NCBI GenBank assembly: GCA_011369445.1
Contig: DRQF01000189.1
Coordinates: 17,626-81,625 of the forward strand
Direction of reading: 5' to 3'
Length of the DNA: 64,000 nucleotides
Source of the DNA: Planctomycetota bacterium
Lineage (GTDB): Bacteria > Planctomycetota > GCA-002687715 > DRQF01
Below, one piece after another: positions 8,562 through 18,108 of this stretch. Each line of letters starts with the position of its first letter. Position 1 is the stretch's first letter. Both the position numbers and the translations under genes were made by a program. The notes under the pieces are model-generated. The model was not told where the DNA came from and did no database searches. It worked only from the letters and a program-made list of their open reading frames with translations.

Positions 8562-9872
8562 ATGAAGCTGACGTTCCTTTCGATTCTGTTTCTGGCGACC
8601 GCCGTCACGGCCCAGACGATGACCGCCACGCCGAAGGACTACGAGCGGAAGATCCGCCGGCTGAAGCCGGGGATGACTCTTCACCTGCAGCCCGGAACCT
8701 ACGAGAACGGGATGAGGCTCGTGGGCCTCCACGGCAACCCCGCCCTCCCTCTGCGCATCGAGGGAGAAAAAGGGGTCCTCTTCTTGGCCCGGAAGGGCCG
8801 CAACACGATCCAACTGACCGATGCGAGCTATATCGAGATCAGCAGCCTCACCCTAGACGGACGGGGGCTCGACGTCGACGGCATCAAGGCGGGGGGCAAT
8901 ACAAAAAAAGGCGTGCACCACATCACGATCGAAGACTGCGTCATCCGGGGCTATGGCAGCTGGCAGTTCAATGTCGGGATTTCCACGAAGGTCCCGGCGT
9001 GGGACTGGATCATTCGTCGGAACATCATCGACGCCGCTGGCACCGGGCTCTACCTCGGCAACTCCGACGGCACCCAGGCCTTCGTGGGAGGACTCATCGA
9101 AGGCAACGTGGTGAAGAACTGCCTCGGCTACGACATGCAGATCAAACACCAGATCCGCCGCGATCGAGTGCCGGGCATGCCGAAGGACCGTCGCGTGACC
9201 ACGATCCGCTACAATGTCTTCCTCAAGAACGACGTCCAAGGCGACAAGGGAGACCGCCCCAATCTGCTCGTCAGCGGCCCCCCCGATGATGGGCCGGGCT
9301 CCGAGGACCGCTACGAGATCTATGGCAACCTCTTCGCTCACAATCCGCGGGAAGTGCTCCTGCAGGGAGCAGGGCGCCTGCGCATTCACGACAACGTCTT
9401 CGTGGACTGCGCGGACCTAGCGATCCGCATCCGACCTCACCACGAGAAACGCCCGCTCGCGGTGGCGATCTTCCACAACACGTTCGTCGACGTGAAGGCG
9501 CCCTGGGCCGTGGTGGGGCTGGCCGCGAAGGCGGAACGCCTCTTCTTCGGAAACATCGGAGACTCACGCCCCGCGGGCGACCAGAACATCCGCCTCAACG
9601 TCTGGAAGAACAAGACCACCGTTCGAAGTATCTTGGCGGCGCCTTACGCCCCCTGGGGCAAGAAAGACGTCCACCCCCGCCGCCCCCTCTATCTCACGCC
9701 ACCCCCGGCGGGAATGAAGCTCCTCCGATCAGACCCACTCTACGCCCTCGACTTCGCCGGACAGCGGCGCGAGAAGCTCGAGGAATGCGGCGCTCTGCGG
9801 GCTCTTCCGCGGGGGTCCAAGGGAATCCCTCTTGACCGCGAGCATCCACGATCTGCACTGAAGGCTCGCTGA
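8562..9872 (+). CDS. Secreted right-handed parallel beta-helix repeat protein (pectate-lyase-like fold)
   Basis: The ATG at 8562, with GGAGA upstream, gives signal peptide MKLTFLSILFLATAVTAQT. Beta-helix-type repeats HHITIEDCVIRGYG, IIRRNIIDAAGTGLYLGNSDG, GNVVKNCLGYDM, IHDNVFVDC. Confidence 0.75.
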   Translation: MKLTFLSILFLATAVTAQTMTATPKDYERKIRRLKPGMTLHLQPGTYENGMRLVGLHGNPALPLRIEGEKGVLFLARKGRNTIQLTDASYIEISSLTLDGRGLDVDGIKAGGNTKKGVHHITIEDCVIRGYGSWQFNVGISTKVPAWDWIIRRNIIDAAGTGLYLGNSDGTQAFVGGLIEGNVVKNCLGYDMQIKHQIRRDRVPGMPKDRRVTTIRYNVFLKNDVQGDKGDRPNLLVSGPPDDGPGSEDRYEIYGNLFAHNPREVLLQGAGRLRIHDNVFVDCADLAIRIRPHHEKRPLAVAIFHNTFVDVKAPWAVVGLAAKAERLFFGNIGDSRPAGDQNIRLNVWKNKTTVRSILAAPYAPWGKKDVHPRRPLYLTPPPAGMKLLRSDPLYALDFAGQRREKLEECGALRALPRGSKGIPLDREHPRSALKAR

Positions 9873-9889
9873 GGGGACAGCCTGAGCGT

Positions 9890-11110
9890 TCAGCTGGAGA
9901 AGGCGAGCAACGCCGCGACGGCTTCAGCGATGAACTCCGGCTCCTCGACCCCATGAGGCAGCCGTCTCACTTCGATCCGGGAAGCAAGGCGCGCTTCGAG
10001 GGCCTCGAAGAACATGCGATCCGCCCGGGGATCGTGCAGTGGCCCCCCTTCGACCGAGTAGCGACTCGTGCCGCCCTCCGGCAAATAAAGGGCCGTTCCG
10101 GCACCCGCATCGCCGAGCCTCTCGGCGATGGTATCCGCCACGCGCACGAGCTCGTCACCCCTGAGCCTGGGCACGAACACGACGGGACTGTGGAACACGT
10201 GGACGTGATCCTTCCAGTCCTCGGGCACCGTGTTGGGCGGATCGACGAGGAGCCCCAAATGCTCCGCCCCACCCGGAACGACAACCTGCGGAAGTCCCAT
10301 TCCCGCAGCCACGGTGAGTCGTTCAGGACCGGCACTCCGAAGCCCGCCCCAAAGCTCGTCGGAGATTTCCCCCAAGGCATAGTCGAAAACCTCGTGGATG
10401 AGACCCTCCTTCAGCATCTGCTCCATGGCCCGACCGCCAGACCCGACAGCGTGGAAGACGATCACTTCCCGGCCCGCCGCCTCCAGCAATCGCACGGCCT
10501 CCAGAGCGCCTTGGGTCAAGACCCCCAGATTCGTCATGCCCACGACCGGACGCCCCGACCAGGACGTTCCTTCACTCAGTCGCGCCCCGGCCATCCCCAG
10601 GGCCGCCCCGGCCGCGTGAGCCAGGACTTGCCGCGTGAAGGGATTCAATCCCAGCAAATCACCCACGCTGAACATCATGGTGATGTCCTTGATCCCCACG
10701 AAGGGAGAGGTGTCGCCAGAAGCCACCGTGGAGACCATGATCTTCGGTAGCCCATAAGGCAGAGCCTGCATCACGCTCGTGCAGAGCGTCGTCCCTTGGG
10801 TTCCACCGAGACCGATGACCGCCTGCACTTCCCCTTCCCCTACGAGGGTCGAGACCAGAGCCTGCGCTCCCCTCGCCATCACGGGCGCCGCCAATCCCCG
10901 GTCCGCCGTTGCCACCAACTCGCCGAGAGAAACTCCGCCCGCCGCGGCCACTTCGCCACGGGAGATGTCGGCCTCGCACCCGGGAGTTCCCAGAACTCCC
11001 ACGTCCACGAGGAGGGGCCGGCCTCCGCCCTCCCGGATACGACTGGTCAGAAACGAGGCCTCGCAGGCCTTGGTGTCCAAAGTGGCGAGAATGACGACGC
11101 GCGGCTTCAT
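9890..11110 (-). CDS. Tm-1-like ATP-binding domain protein (UPF0261 family)
   Basis: The N-terminus MKPRVVILATLDTKACEASF is the hallmark LDTK start of UPF0261. The ATG overlaps the stop of the upstream gene (ATGA at 11107..11110). Confidence 0.85.
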   Translation of the reverse strand: MKPRVVILATLDTKACEASFLTSRIREGGGRPLLVDVGVLGTPGCEADISRGEVAAAGGVSLGELVATADRGLAAPVMARGAQALVSTLVGEGEVQAVIGLGGTQGTTLCTSVMQALPYGLPKIMVSTVASGDTSPFVGIKDITMMFSVGDLLGLNPFTRQVLAHAAGAALGMAGARLSEGTSWSGRPVVGMTNLGVLTQGALEAVRLLEAAGREVIVFHAVGSGGRAMEQMLKEGLIHEVFDYALGEISDELWGGLRSAGPERLTVAAGMGLPQVVVPGGAEHLGLLVDPPNTVPEDWKDHVHVFHSPVVFVPRLRGDELVRVADTIAERLGDAGAGTALYLPEGGTSRYSVEGGPLHDPRADRMFFEALEARLASRIEVRRLPHGVEEPEFIAEAVAALLAFSS

Positions 11111-11985
11111 GCCCCTTCACCTCGCCGTGGATTGCGAAACCCGAGGGCCGCGAACCGACGCGCCGTTTCGGAAACGGCGCGCTCGATGGGGATGCGCTCG
11201 GTCGACGAGCCCGTCCAGAAGCCGTCGCAACTCGTGTGGTCGAGGATGAACTGAGCATCCTCGGGTGTCTCCATCGCCGCGCCGTGTGCCACGAGAAAGA
11301 TGTCTTCTTTCAGCGCGCGGAGCTTGCGAATCACCTCCTCCGTCCGCTGTGCCGTCTCCTCGATCGTCTCGCCGGAGTCGAACCCGCGCCTCCCCCCCTT
11401 GGTCGTCCCCGCGTGAAAGCAGAAGATGTCGGGCTGCGCCTCCTCGACCATGCGAAGGCTGTCCTCCTCGTCGAAGGCCAAAGCAATCGTGACCATGTCC
11501 ATTTCCCGCCCCAGCTTCATGAGAGCGATCTCCTCGTCGAAGGTGATGCCGCTTTGGGTGAGGACGCGATAGACCTGACTGTCCTTGTCGACGTAGCTGA
11601 TGGACGGACCGATGTTGGAGACGGAGGGCACCCCCATGTCCAGACACCGCCTAAGAACCGCGCGCATGTCCTTCAAAGGGTCGTTCGCGTTCAGACACGC
11701 GCAGACGAATGCCTTGCCGCGCATCGCCGGAAGGATGTCCTCTTCGGTATAGCGCAAGGTCTGTGCATTCGAATCCAAGATGGGCCAAAGCATCGCCATC
11801 GTTCCCATGCCGTTGCCTCTGAGGCGAGCTCCGGAAAAGGTGTTGATGCAATCCGCGCCGGCCTCCTCCAAAAGCTGCGCTACGAGCCCCGAGCCCGCCG
11901 AAGCGATGAAGACGGGCTTGCCTTCGCGGCGTTTGCGGCCGAGCTTTTCCATGATCTCCTTGCGAGTGGTTCGGGGCACGATCAT
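11107..11985 (-). CDS. Phosphoenolpyruvate hydrolase-like TIM-barrel protein (usual partner of UPF0261)
   Basis: FIASAGSGLVAQLLEEAGADCINTFSGARLRGNGMGTMAMLWPILDSN matches this family. ATGA overlap with the ThuA stop at 11982..11985. Confidence 0.85.
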   Translation of the reverse strand: MIVPRTTRKEIMEKLGRKRREGKPVFIASAGSGLVAQLLEEAGADCINTFSGARLRGNGMGTMAMLWPILDSNAQTLRYTEEDILPAMRGKAFVCACLNANDPLKDMRAVLRRCLDMGVPSVSNIGPSISYVDKDSQVYRVLTQSGITFDEEIALMKLGREMDMVTIALAFDEEDSLRMVEEAQPDIFCFHAGTTKGGRRGFDSGETIEETAQRTEEVIRKLRALKEDIFLVAHGAAMETPEDAQFILDHTSCDGFWTGSSTERIPIERAVSETARRFAALGFRNPRRGEGA

Positions 11986-12959
11986 CGTTGACCTCCTCTG
12001 GCGGGCCTGCGGGGAAAGACACCGGCTCGATAGACCTTGCCGAAGCCGGAATTGGGTGGGTCATAGGGCTTCACCGTGTCCGTGCGGCACCCGCCCTCGG
12101 GGATGAGATCCTCGCGCCCCAAGGCCCAAAGGATGCCGTTCAAAGCGAGGCGTCGCATCGAAGGAATCTTGAAATCGTAAGGATGGCCCAGCGTCGTGAA
12201 GAAAACGCGCGCCTTCTTTCCCGCGCCCCCCGTGTAACTCTTCACCCAAGCCACCGGTGTTTCCCTCGGAAAGCGGTCGAGCCTCCCCGCGTGGTTGGAT
12301 CGAAGCGACCAACCCAATACGAGCGGCCGGCTGTCTCCCGATAGCCGATCGCCTCCCCCTTGCACGTGATACAACCACGAGTAGGCCAGAAACGCGTCAA
12401 CGCCACGCAGCACGGGGTGCCCTCGCTCCTTCTCCAGGGGCGTCACGGCCGTAAGCCGCCCATGTCCGTCCTTGAAGTGGCCGTGGTGGGTGATCCAGTG
12501 CTGGCCGAAGACCTTCGTCGGCCATCGTTCATTCATCCGGGCCGCCCGAGGATCGCCCTTGGGGTAGCGAAAGGCGTGGGTCGCCGTACGAAAACCCACC
12601 AGGGGACGGCCCGACTCCGCGTAATCGAGGATCTTTTTCAATTCGTCGTCGGGCAGACGGCGAAATCGGGTGAACAGCACCATGAGATCCGCATCCTTCA
12701 GCTCATCCAAACCGTCAATGTGGTCCAGACGATTGGGGTCGATCTCGCCTGCGTCCGTGAGGGCATAGGCGACAGGACACCGAAAACCGAAGTCTCGCTC
12801 CAGAATGGCGGCCAACATCGGCATCGATTCTTCAGACCGATACTCCTCGTCTCCTGTGACGAAGACGATCTTGGCCGGAGCTTTGGATTCCTGCCCGAGT
12901 GCGAAGCCACGAGATGCGACAACAAGAAGAATGCAAAAGAGGACCTGATGACGGCACAT
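11982..12959 (-). CDS. ThuA domain protein with signal peptide
   Basis: The ATG at 12959, with GGAGAG 7 nt upstream, gives MCRHQVLFCILLVVASRGFALGQ. The body (IVFVTGDEEYRSEESMPMLAAIL, FTTLGHPYDF) is ThuA-like. Confidence 0.8.
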   Translation of the reverse strand: MCRHQVLFCILLVVASRGFALGQESKAPAKIVFVTGDEEYRSEESMPMLAAILERDFGFRCPVAYALTDAGEIDPNRLDHIDGLDELKDADLMVLFTRFRRLPDDELKKILDYAESGRPLVGFRTATHAFRYPKGDPRAARMNERWPTKVFGQHWITHHGHFKDGHGRLTAVTPLEKERGHPVLRGVDAFLAYSWLYHVQGGGDRLSGDSRPLVLGWSLRSNHAGRLDRFPRETPVAWVKSYTGGAGKKARVFFTTLGHPYDFKIPSMRRLALNGILWALGREDLIPEGGCRTDTVKPYDPPNSGFGKVYRAGVFPRRPARGGQR

Positions 12960-13091
12960 GAGCAATCTCTCCGGGGTTCCGATCGAACCTACAGCGTGCC
13001 CGTCAGACGGTCAACGAAGGGCGGCGATTCTGATACAGTCACGGCCCGACCCGACCCTCCATCGTCGAAGTTCCAACGAGGTTCATGCCCG

Positions 13092-16000
13092 ATGCTTCGA
13101 GACGTCTCAGCCCGTACACATCGCTTGTATCTCCCCGTCTTGGCCACGATGATCCTTCTCGGCTGCGGCCCGAAGAATCCGCCCACCCCAGAGCCGGCGA
13201 GCCCCGCAACCGCTTCCCCAAGAACGGAACCGGTCACAACGGACCCGGCGAGGTTTTCCTTTCGAACGGGCGACCGCATAGCCCTCGTTGGAGGAGCCCT
13301 CGCCGAACGCATGCAGCACGCTGGCTGGCTGGAGTCCGGCCTCCAAGTCGTCGCGCCGAACGAGCGACTGTCCTTCTACAACCTGGGATTCAGCGCCGAC
13401 GAGCTGACGATCCATCAGCGCACGGCGGGTTTCGGCAGCCAGGACGACTATCTCCGTCGGACGGGTGCAACGGTCGTCTTCGCCTTCTACGGCTTCAACG
13501 AGTCCTTCCGTGACGTGGACGGAGAGGACGACTTCCGAACGAACCTCAGAAACTTCGTGGGACACATCGCTGCGATGGAGGGTGGCGACGGGGGACCCAT
13601 GAGACTCGTTCTCTTCTCCCCCATCCCATATCAGGGCCCCCTCAACGACAAGCTTCCCGCGGGGACCGAGATGAACGCGCGGCTGGAGCGCTACACCCGC
13701 ATCATTTCAGATGTAGCGCGGGAATCCGGAACGCCATTCGTGGACATTTTCCACCCCATGCAGGCCATCTACCGGTTGGCCTCGGGTCGGTTGACGATCA
13801 ACGGCATTCATCTGAACGCATCCGGTCAGATCAACCTTGCGCGTGTCATCCTGAAGGAACTTCTCGGCGTCCAAGGCGTCTTCCACGATCACGAGAATCT
13901 CGTCGCCCGCGTCCGCAAGGCCGTGCTCGAGAAGAACCTCCTGTGGTTCAACCGATATCGGGCGACGGACGGGTACAACGTCTACGGCGGCAGGTCCAAA
14001 CTGAGGTACACGGACGGCATCAGCAATTTCGAGGTTCTTCAGCGGGAGATGGAGATCCTCGACGCCCTCGTCGAATGTCACACGCGGCGCATTCACGCCC
14101 TCGCGGGCGGCGAAGAGAACCCTCCTCTCGACCTCGACGGCGTGCCGGAGCCCATCGTGGTGAAGACGAACCGGCCAGGCCCCTTGGACGGCGGAGCCTA
14201 CCCGTTCCTCTCAGGCGAAGAAGCCCTCACGAAGATGAGGGCTGCGCCCGGGATGCAAGTGACATTATTCGCGGACGAGGCCATGTTTCCCGAGCTCGTC
14301 AATCCCGTTCAGATGTCCTTCGACACGAAGGGTCGGCTGTGGGTGGCGGTATGGCCCAGTTACCCCCACTGGAAACCGGGGGACGCCATGGACGACAAAC
14401 TCCTCGTCCTCACCGACGACGACCAGGATGGGAAGGCGGACCGGTGCGACGTTTTCGCGGGCGGTCTCCACAACCCCACGGGCTTCGAGTTTTGGAATGG
14501 CGGAGTCTTCGTCGCCAATGCTCCGGACATCCTGTTTCTCAGGGACGAGGACGGGGACGGCAGGGCCGACCGGCGAGAGCGCATCCTACATGGCCTGAGT
14601 TCCGCGGACACCCATCACTCGGCGAACAGCTTCGTGCTCGGCCCGGGCGGGTCCTTGTACTTTCAAGAAGGGGTCTTTCATCAAACGCAGATCGAAACCA
14701 TCTATGGGCCGGTGCGCAACCATGACGCCTGTGTGTGGCGTTTCGATCCTCGCACCTGGCGCGTTGAGCGTCATATCCCGTATGGCTTCGCCAATCCTCA
14801 CGGACACGTCTTCGACCGCTGGGGCTCCGAATTCGTCACGGACGGAACGGGCAACGTCAACTACTTCGCCTGGCCGTTTTCCGGACGCACGATCTTCCCG
14901 GACAAGCATCGAGGATATTTTCCGTTCTTCCGGCAGCGAAGCCGTCCGGCCGCTGCAACGGAGATCCTCTCGAGCGAAGCCTTTCCCGAGGAGAACCAGG
15001 GGAACTACCTCATCGCCAACGTGATCGGTTTCCAGGGAATCTTCCAGTACCGTGTTCACGATGACGGCTCGGGCTTTTCCGCCGAGGAGGTAGAGCCCAT
15101 CGTGAGCAGCACGGACCCGAACTTTCGCCCCGTGGATATCGAGATGGGGCCGGACGGGGCCATCTACTTCTTGGACTGGCAGAACCCGCTCATCGGCCAC
15201 ATGCAGCACCACCTGCGGGATCCGAGTCGCGACCACACCCACGGCCGGGTCTATCGGGTGAGTCACGCGGATGCGCGGATCGAAGGCAAGGCGGACTTGG
15301 CCTCCCTGACGACGCCCGTGCTCGTGACCTATCTGGGCGATCCCGACGACCGGGTCCGGTACCGCACGCGGATCGCCCTCAGCGAGCGGCCGACCGACGA
15401 GGTTCTCCGGGAGGCCGTCCAGTGGTACGAGGGGATCGCGCCGGATTCCCCCGCGCGACCTCACGCTCTCCTCGAACTCCTTTGGCTCCACCAGCAACAC
15501 GCTGTCGCGGACATGAGCGTTCTCGAAGCCGCCCTGGGTTCGGATGAGCCCCGTGTGCGCGCCGCGGCCCTTCGCGTCCTGGCGGAGATGCGGCACCGTT
15601 GGACAGCGAACCCTCTTCCTCTTCTCGCCCGTGCAGCGGAGGACAGCCATCCTCGAGTGAGGTTGGCCGCCGCCGTGGCCTGCAGCTACTTCGACGACTT
15701 CTCCGCAGTGAAGACGTTGCTCGGGATTCGCCGCAGGCCTACGGACCGCTTCCTCGACTACGCGATCGCGGAGAGTCTCCGCACGCTGGAGGGTGTCTGG
15801 AAAAAAGCCCTCCAGAGCGACTCCGAGGGAGCACGATCGTTGACGCCTGAGGATAAGGCGTTCCTCATCGAGCGGCTGGCGACACGGGAGCTCAGAGATC
15901 TCCCCCGGGGTCCCGCCGTCTGGAGAGCTCTCCTCGTCCGCCATGATGCGGATGGAGAGGATAGGCTTGCCGCCGCCAGGGCGCTGGCCCGCGATGAGAG

Positions 16001-18056
16001 GATGGATGTCGCCTCCTATGTGGCAAGGACGATGCTCACGTTGGAATCGCGCGAAGACCCCCATCGCGAGCATGTTCTCTCCGCCCTCGCCCACCTCATC
16101 GGCGAGGTCGTCGACAAGGCCGCCGCGAGCAAGACGCTCTGGAGTCTCGCTGAGACCGCAGAGACGCCCGCCCTTGAACGGGTCGCCATTCGGACCGCGT
16201 TCGCCGCGGAGCCCGACCCGTCCCGCCTGAAAGCCTTCGCCGCGCGATCGGAAGGATGTCGTCGAGCGGCCCTGGATGCACTCGCCACTCTTCGGGGCGA
16301 GGCCGTGCCCGAGCCCCTTTTTCACTGGATCGCCGACTTGGCGCGCGAGAGGAGAGACGAATCGGCGGCCCCGCGACCTGGGCTCTCCTGCGCGTTCTAT
16401 CGAGGCAGACCGAAAAACGCCCGCATCGAGACGTTCCGGGCTCTCGAACCGCTGCAGCGCACTCATGCGGACCAGCCCGACCTGGACTCCGTTGCGCTTC
16501 CCTTTCGCGACCGGTTCGGACTGCTCTTCAAGGGGGAGATCTCGATCCCCACCACCGGGGACTATGTCTTCTTCACGGACTCGGATGACGGCTCCCGCTT
16601 GTACATCGATGGCGTCGAGGTCGTGGACAATGATGGGGACCATGGGATGCGCGAGCAGAGCGGCGCCGTGAGGCTCGAGAAAGGGCGCCACGATTTCGCG
16701 TTGACCTACTTCGACGCCGGCGGGGACGATGGCCTCGTCGTCTCATGGAAAGGACCGGGGCTGCCCAAGGCTCCTATTCCGGCCGACCGCTTCAGCACAT
16801 CGCCTCGCGACGCCCTCCGCGCCGCGGCCCTCCGCGCGTTGGGACGGGTGCCCGGCCACTTCGACGTCAAAGCGGCGTTGATGGAAGACTTACTGAGACA
16901 GGGCCGACTCGTCGACGAGGCCATCGCTCTCGCGCCCGAAGGCTCCGCCAGCACGGTGAATGAGGACTCCCTTCGGCGGATGGTGGCGGCCCTCACGGCG
17001 TACTTGGCACAACTTCCCAAGGCGCTCCGCACCCAGCCCCGTGCCCTGGCGGCCCTCGCAACCGGTCGCCGACTCGCGCGATCCCTCCCCGCGGCCGAAT
17101 CCTCGGGCGCACTGCGGCGTCTGAAGGACCTGGGCGGAACGGTCATTCTGATGGCCACGCTTCCCCACGAGATGCGCTATGACCGCAGCGAGATCTGGGT
17201 TCGGTCAGGAGAACCCGTGTCGATCATGTTCCGAAACAACGACGTCATGCCTCACAACCTCGTGATCGGTGTTCCGGGGAGTTGGGAGAAGATCGGGCGT
17301 GCGGGAGAGGACCTGAAGGACACCGGCAACGGCCTTCAGAACTACGTACCCCGAATGGACGAGGTCCTGTGGCACACGGATCTCCTCTTGCCAGGGAAAT
17401 CCACCCGCCTCGATTTCATCGCTCCGAAGAGAAAAGCCGATCACCCCTATCTCTGCACCTTTCCCGGACATTGGCGCGTCATGAACGGCGTGATGCACGT
17501 GGTCGACACGCTTCCCGTGGGGGCGAATGCCGCCAGATCCAACGGCGCCGAGGCCGACTCACCGCAACGCGCCTTCGTGAAGATGTGGAAGCTTTCCGAT
17601 TTCGGGACGGCGTTCAGAAAAGGATGGCTTGAGGGACGAGATGCGAAGCGCGGGCGGCGCATGTTCACCGAAGCGGGTTGCGTTCGCTGCCACAAGTTTG
17701 GCGACTTGGGCCCGGGCAACCCGGTGGACATCTCGCGCGTCGCCACGAAGTACCAGGGGATCGAGCTGCTTCGGCAGGTCATCGAGCCCTCGGCCCACCT
17801 TCTGGAGGGCTTCGAGAATCACTTCTTCACGACGAAAGACGGCGAGAGCGTCATGGGGCGCATCGTCTACGAGGACGACGAGAAGATCGTGGTCAACCCC
17901 AACCTGCAGGAGTCAGAGAAACTCAGAACGCTGGCAAAGGCATCGATCGCTTCGCGCAAGCGGCTCGTTCTCTCCCCCATGCCAACGGGACTCCTCGTCA
18001 CCCTCTCTCACGACGAGATCCTCGATCTGATCGCCTTTCTCCAAAACCAGCAATGA
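13092..18056 (+). CDS. PVC-type heme-binding CxxCH multidomain lipoprotein (SGNH-like - dehydrogenase-like beta-propeller - HEAT repeats - PA14 - azurin-like cupredoxin - cytochrome c)
   Basis: The ATG at 13092 gives the lipobox LATMILLGC. NGIHLNASG (SGNH block V-like). FDTKGRLWVAVWPSYPHW...DDDQDGKADR (Pirellula/Verrucomicrobium N-terminal domain). HEAT-like DPDDRVRYR, DEPRVRAAALRVL, SHPRVRLAAA. PA14 GDYVFFTDSDDGSRLYIDG. Type-1 Cu motif CTFPGHWRVM. Heme motif CVRCHKFG. The listed 5' extension from 12360 overlaps ThuA on the other strand. Confidence 0.88.
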   Translation: MLRDVSARTHRLYLPVLATMILLGCGPKNPPTPEPASPATASPRTEPVTTDPARFSFRTGDRIALVGGALAERMQHAGWLESGLQVVAPNERLSFYNLGFSADELTIHQRTAGFGSQDDYLRRTGATVVFAFYGFNESFRDVDGEDDFRTNLRNFVGHIAAMEGGDGGPMRLVLFSPIPYQGPLNDKLPAGTEMNARLERYTRIISDVARESGTPFVDIFHPMQAIYRLASGRLTINGIHLNASGQINLARVILKELLGVQGVFHDHENLVARVRKAVLEKNLLWFNRYRATDGYNVYGGRSKLRYTDGISNFEVLQREMEILDALVECHTRRIHALAGGEENPPLDLDGVPEPIVVKTNRPGPLDGGAYPFLSGEEALTKMRAAPGMQVTLFADEAMFPELVNPVQMSFDTKGRLWVAVWPSYPHWKPGDAMDDKLLVLTDDDQDGKADRCDVFAGGLHNPTGFEFWNGGVFVANAPDILFLRDEDGDGRADRRERILHGLSSADTHHSANSFVLGPGGSLYFQEGVFHQTQIETIYGPVRNHDACVWRFDPRTWRVERHIPYGFANPHGHVFDRWGSEFVTDGTGNVNYFAWPFSGRTIFPDKHRGYFPFFRQRSRPAAATEILSSEAFPEENQGNYLIANVIGFQGIFQYRVHDDGSGFSAEEVEPIVSSTDPNFRPVDIEMGPDGAIYFLDWQNPLIGHMQHHLRDPSRDHTHGRVYRVSHADARIEGKADLASLTTPVLVTYLGDPDDRVRYRTRIALSERPTDEVLREAVQWYEGIAPDSPARPHALLELLWLHQQHAVADMSVLEAALGSDEPRVRAAALRVLAEMRHRWTANPLPLLARAAEDSHPRVRLAAAVACSYFDDFSAVKTLLGIRRRPTDRFLDYAIAESLRTLEGVWKKALQSDSEGARSLTPEDKAFLIERLATRELRDLPRGPAVWRALLVRHDADGEDRLAAARALARDERMDVASYVARTMLTLESREDPHREHVLSALAHLIGEVVDKAAASKTLWSLAETAETPALERVAIRTAFAAEPDPSRLKAFAARSEGCRRAALDALATLRGEAVPEPLFHWIADLARERRDESAAPRPGLSCAFYRGRPKNARIETFRALEPLQRTHADQPDLDSVALPFRDRFGLLFKGEISIPTTGDYVFFTDSDDGSRLYIDGVEVVDNDGDHGMREQSGAVRLEKGRHDFALTYFDAGGDDGLVVSWKGPGLPKAPIPADRFSTSPRDALRAAALRALGRVPGHFDVKAALMEDLLRQGRLVDEAIALAPEGSASTVNEDSLRRMVAALTAYLAQLPKALRTQPRALAALATGRRLARSLPAAESSGALRRLKDLGGTVILMATLPHEMRYDRSEIWVRSGEPVSIMFRNNDVMPHNLVIGVPGSWEKIGRAGEDLKDTGNGLQNYVPRMDEVLWHTDLLLPGKSTRLDFIAPKRKADHPYLCTFPGHWRVMNGVMHVVDTLPVGANAARSNGAEADSPQRAFVKMWKLSDFGTAFRKGWLEGRDAKRGRRMFTEAGCVRCHKFGDLGPGNPVDISRVATKYQGIELLRQVIEPSAHLLEGFENHFFTTKDGESVMGRIVYEDDEKIVVNPNLQESEKLRTLAKASIASRKRLVLSPMPTGLLVTLSHDEILDLIAFLQNQQ

Positions 18057-18108
18057 GAAAACGGCGCCCCGAGGCGATCTCTCTCCCCGGGACGCCAATG
18101 GCGCGAGT

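Noticed and set aside
12360-13091. 5' extension of the giant ORF (listed start 12360).
   Set aside because: The extension overlaps the ThuA gene on the opposite strand and has antisense-type composition. The in-frame ATG at 13092 yields a clean lipoprotein signal (LLGC).
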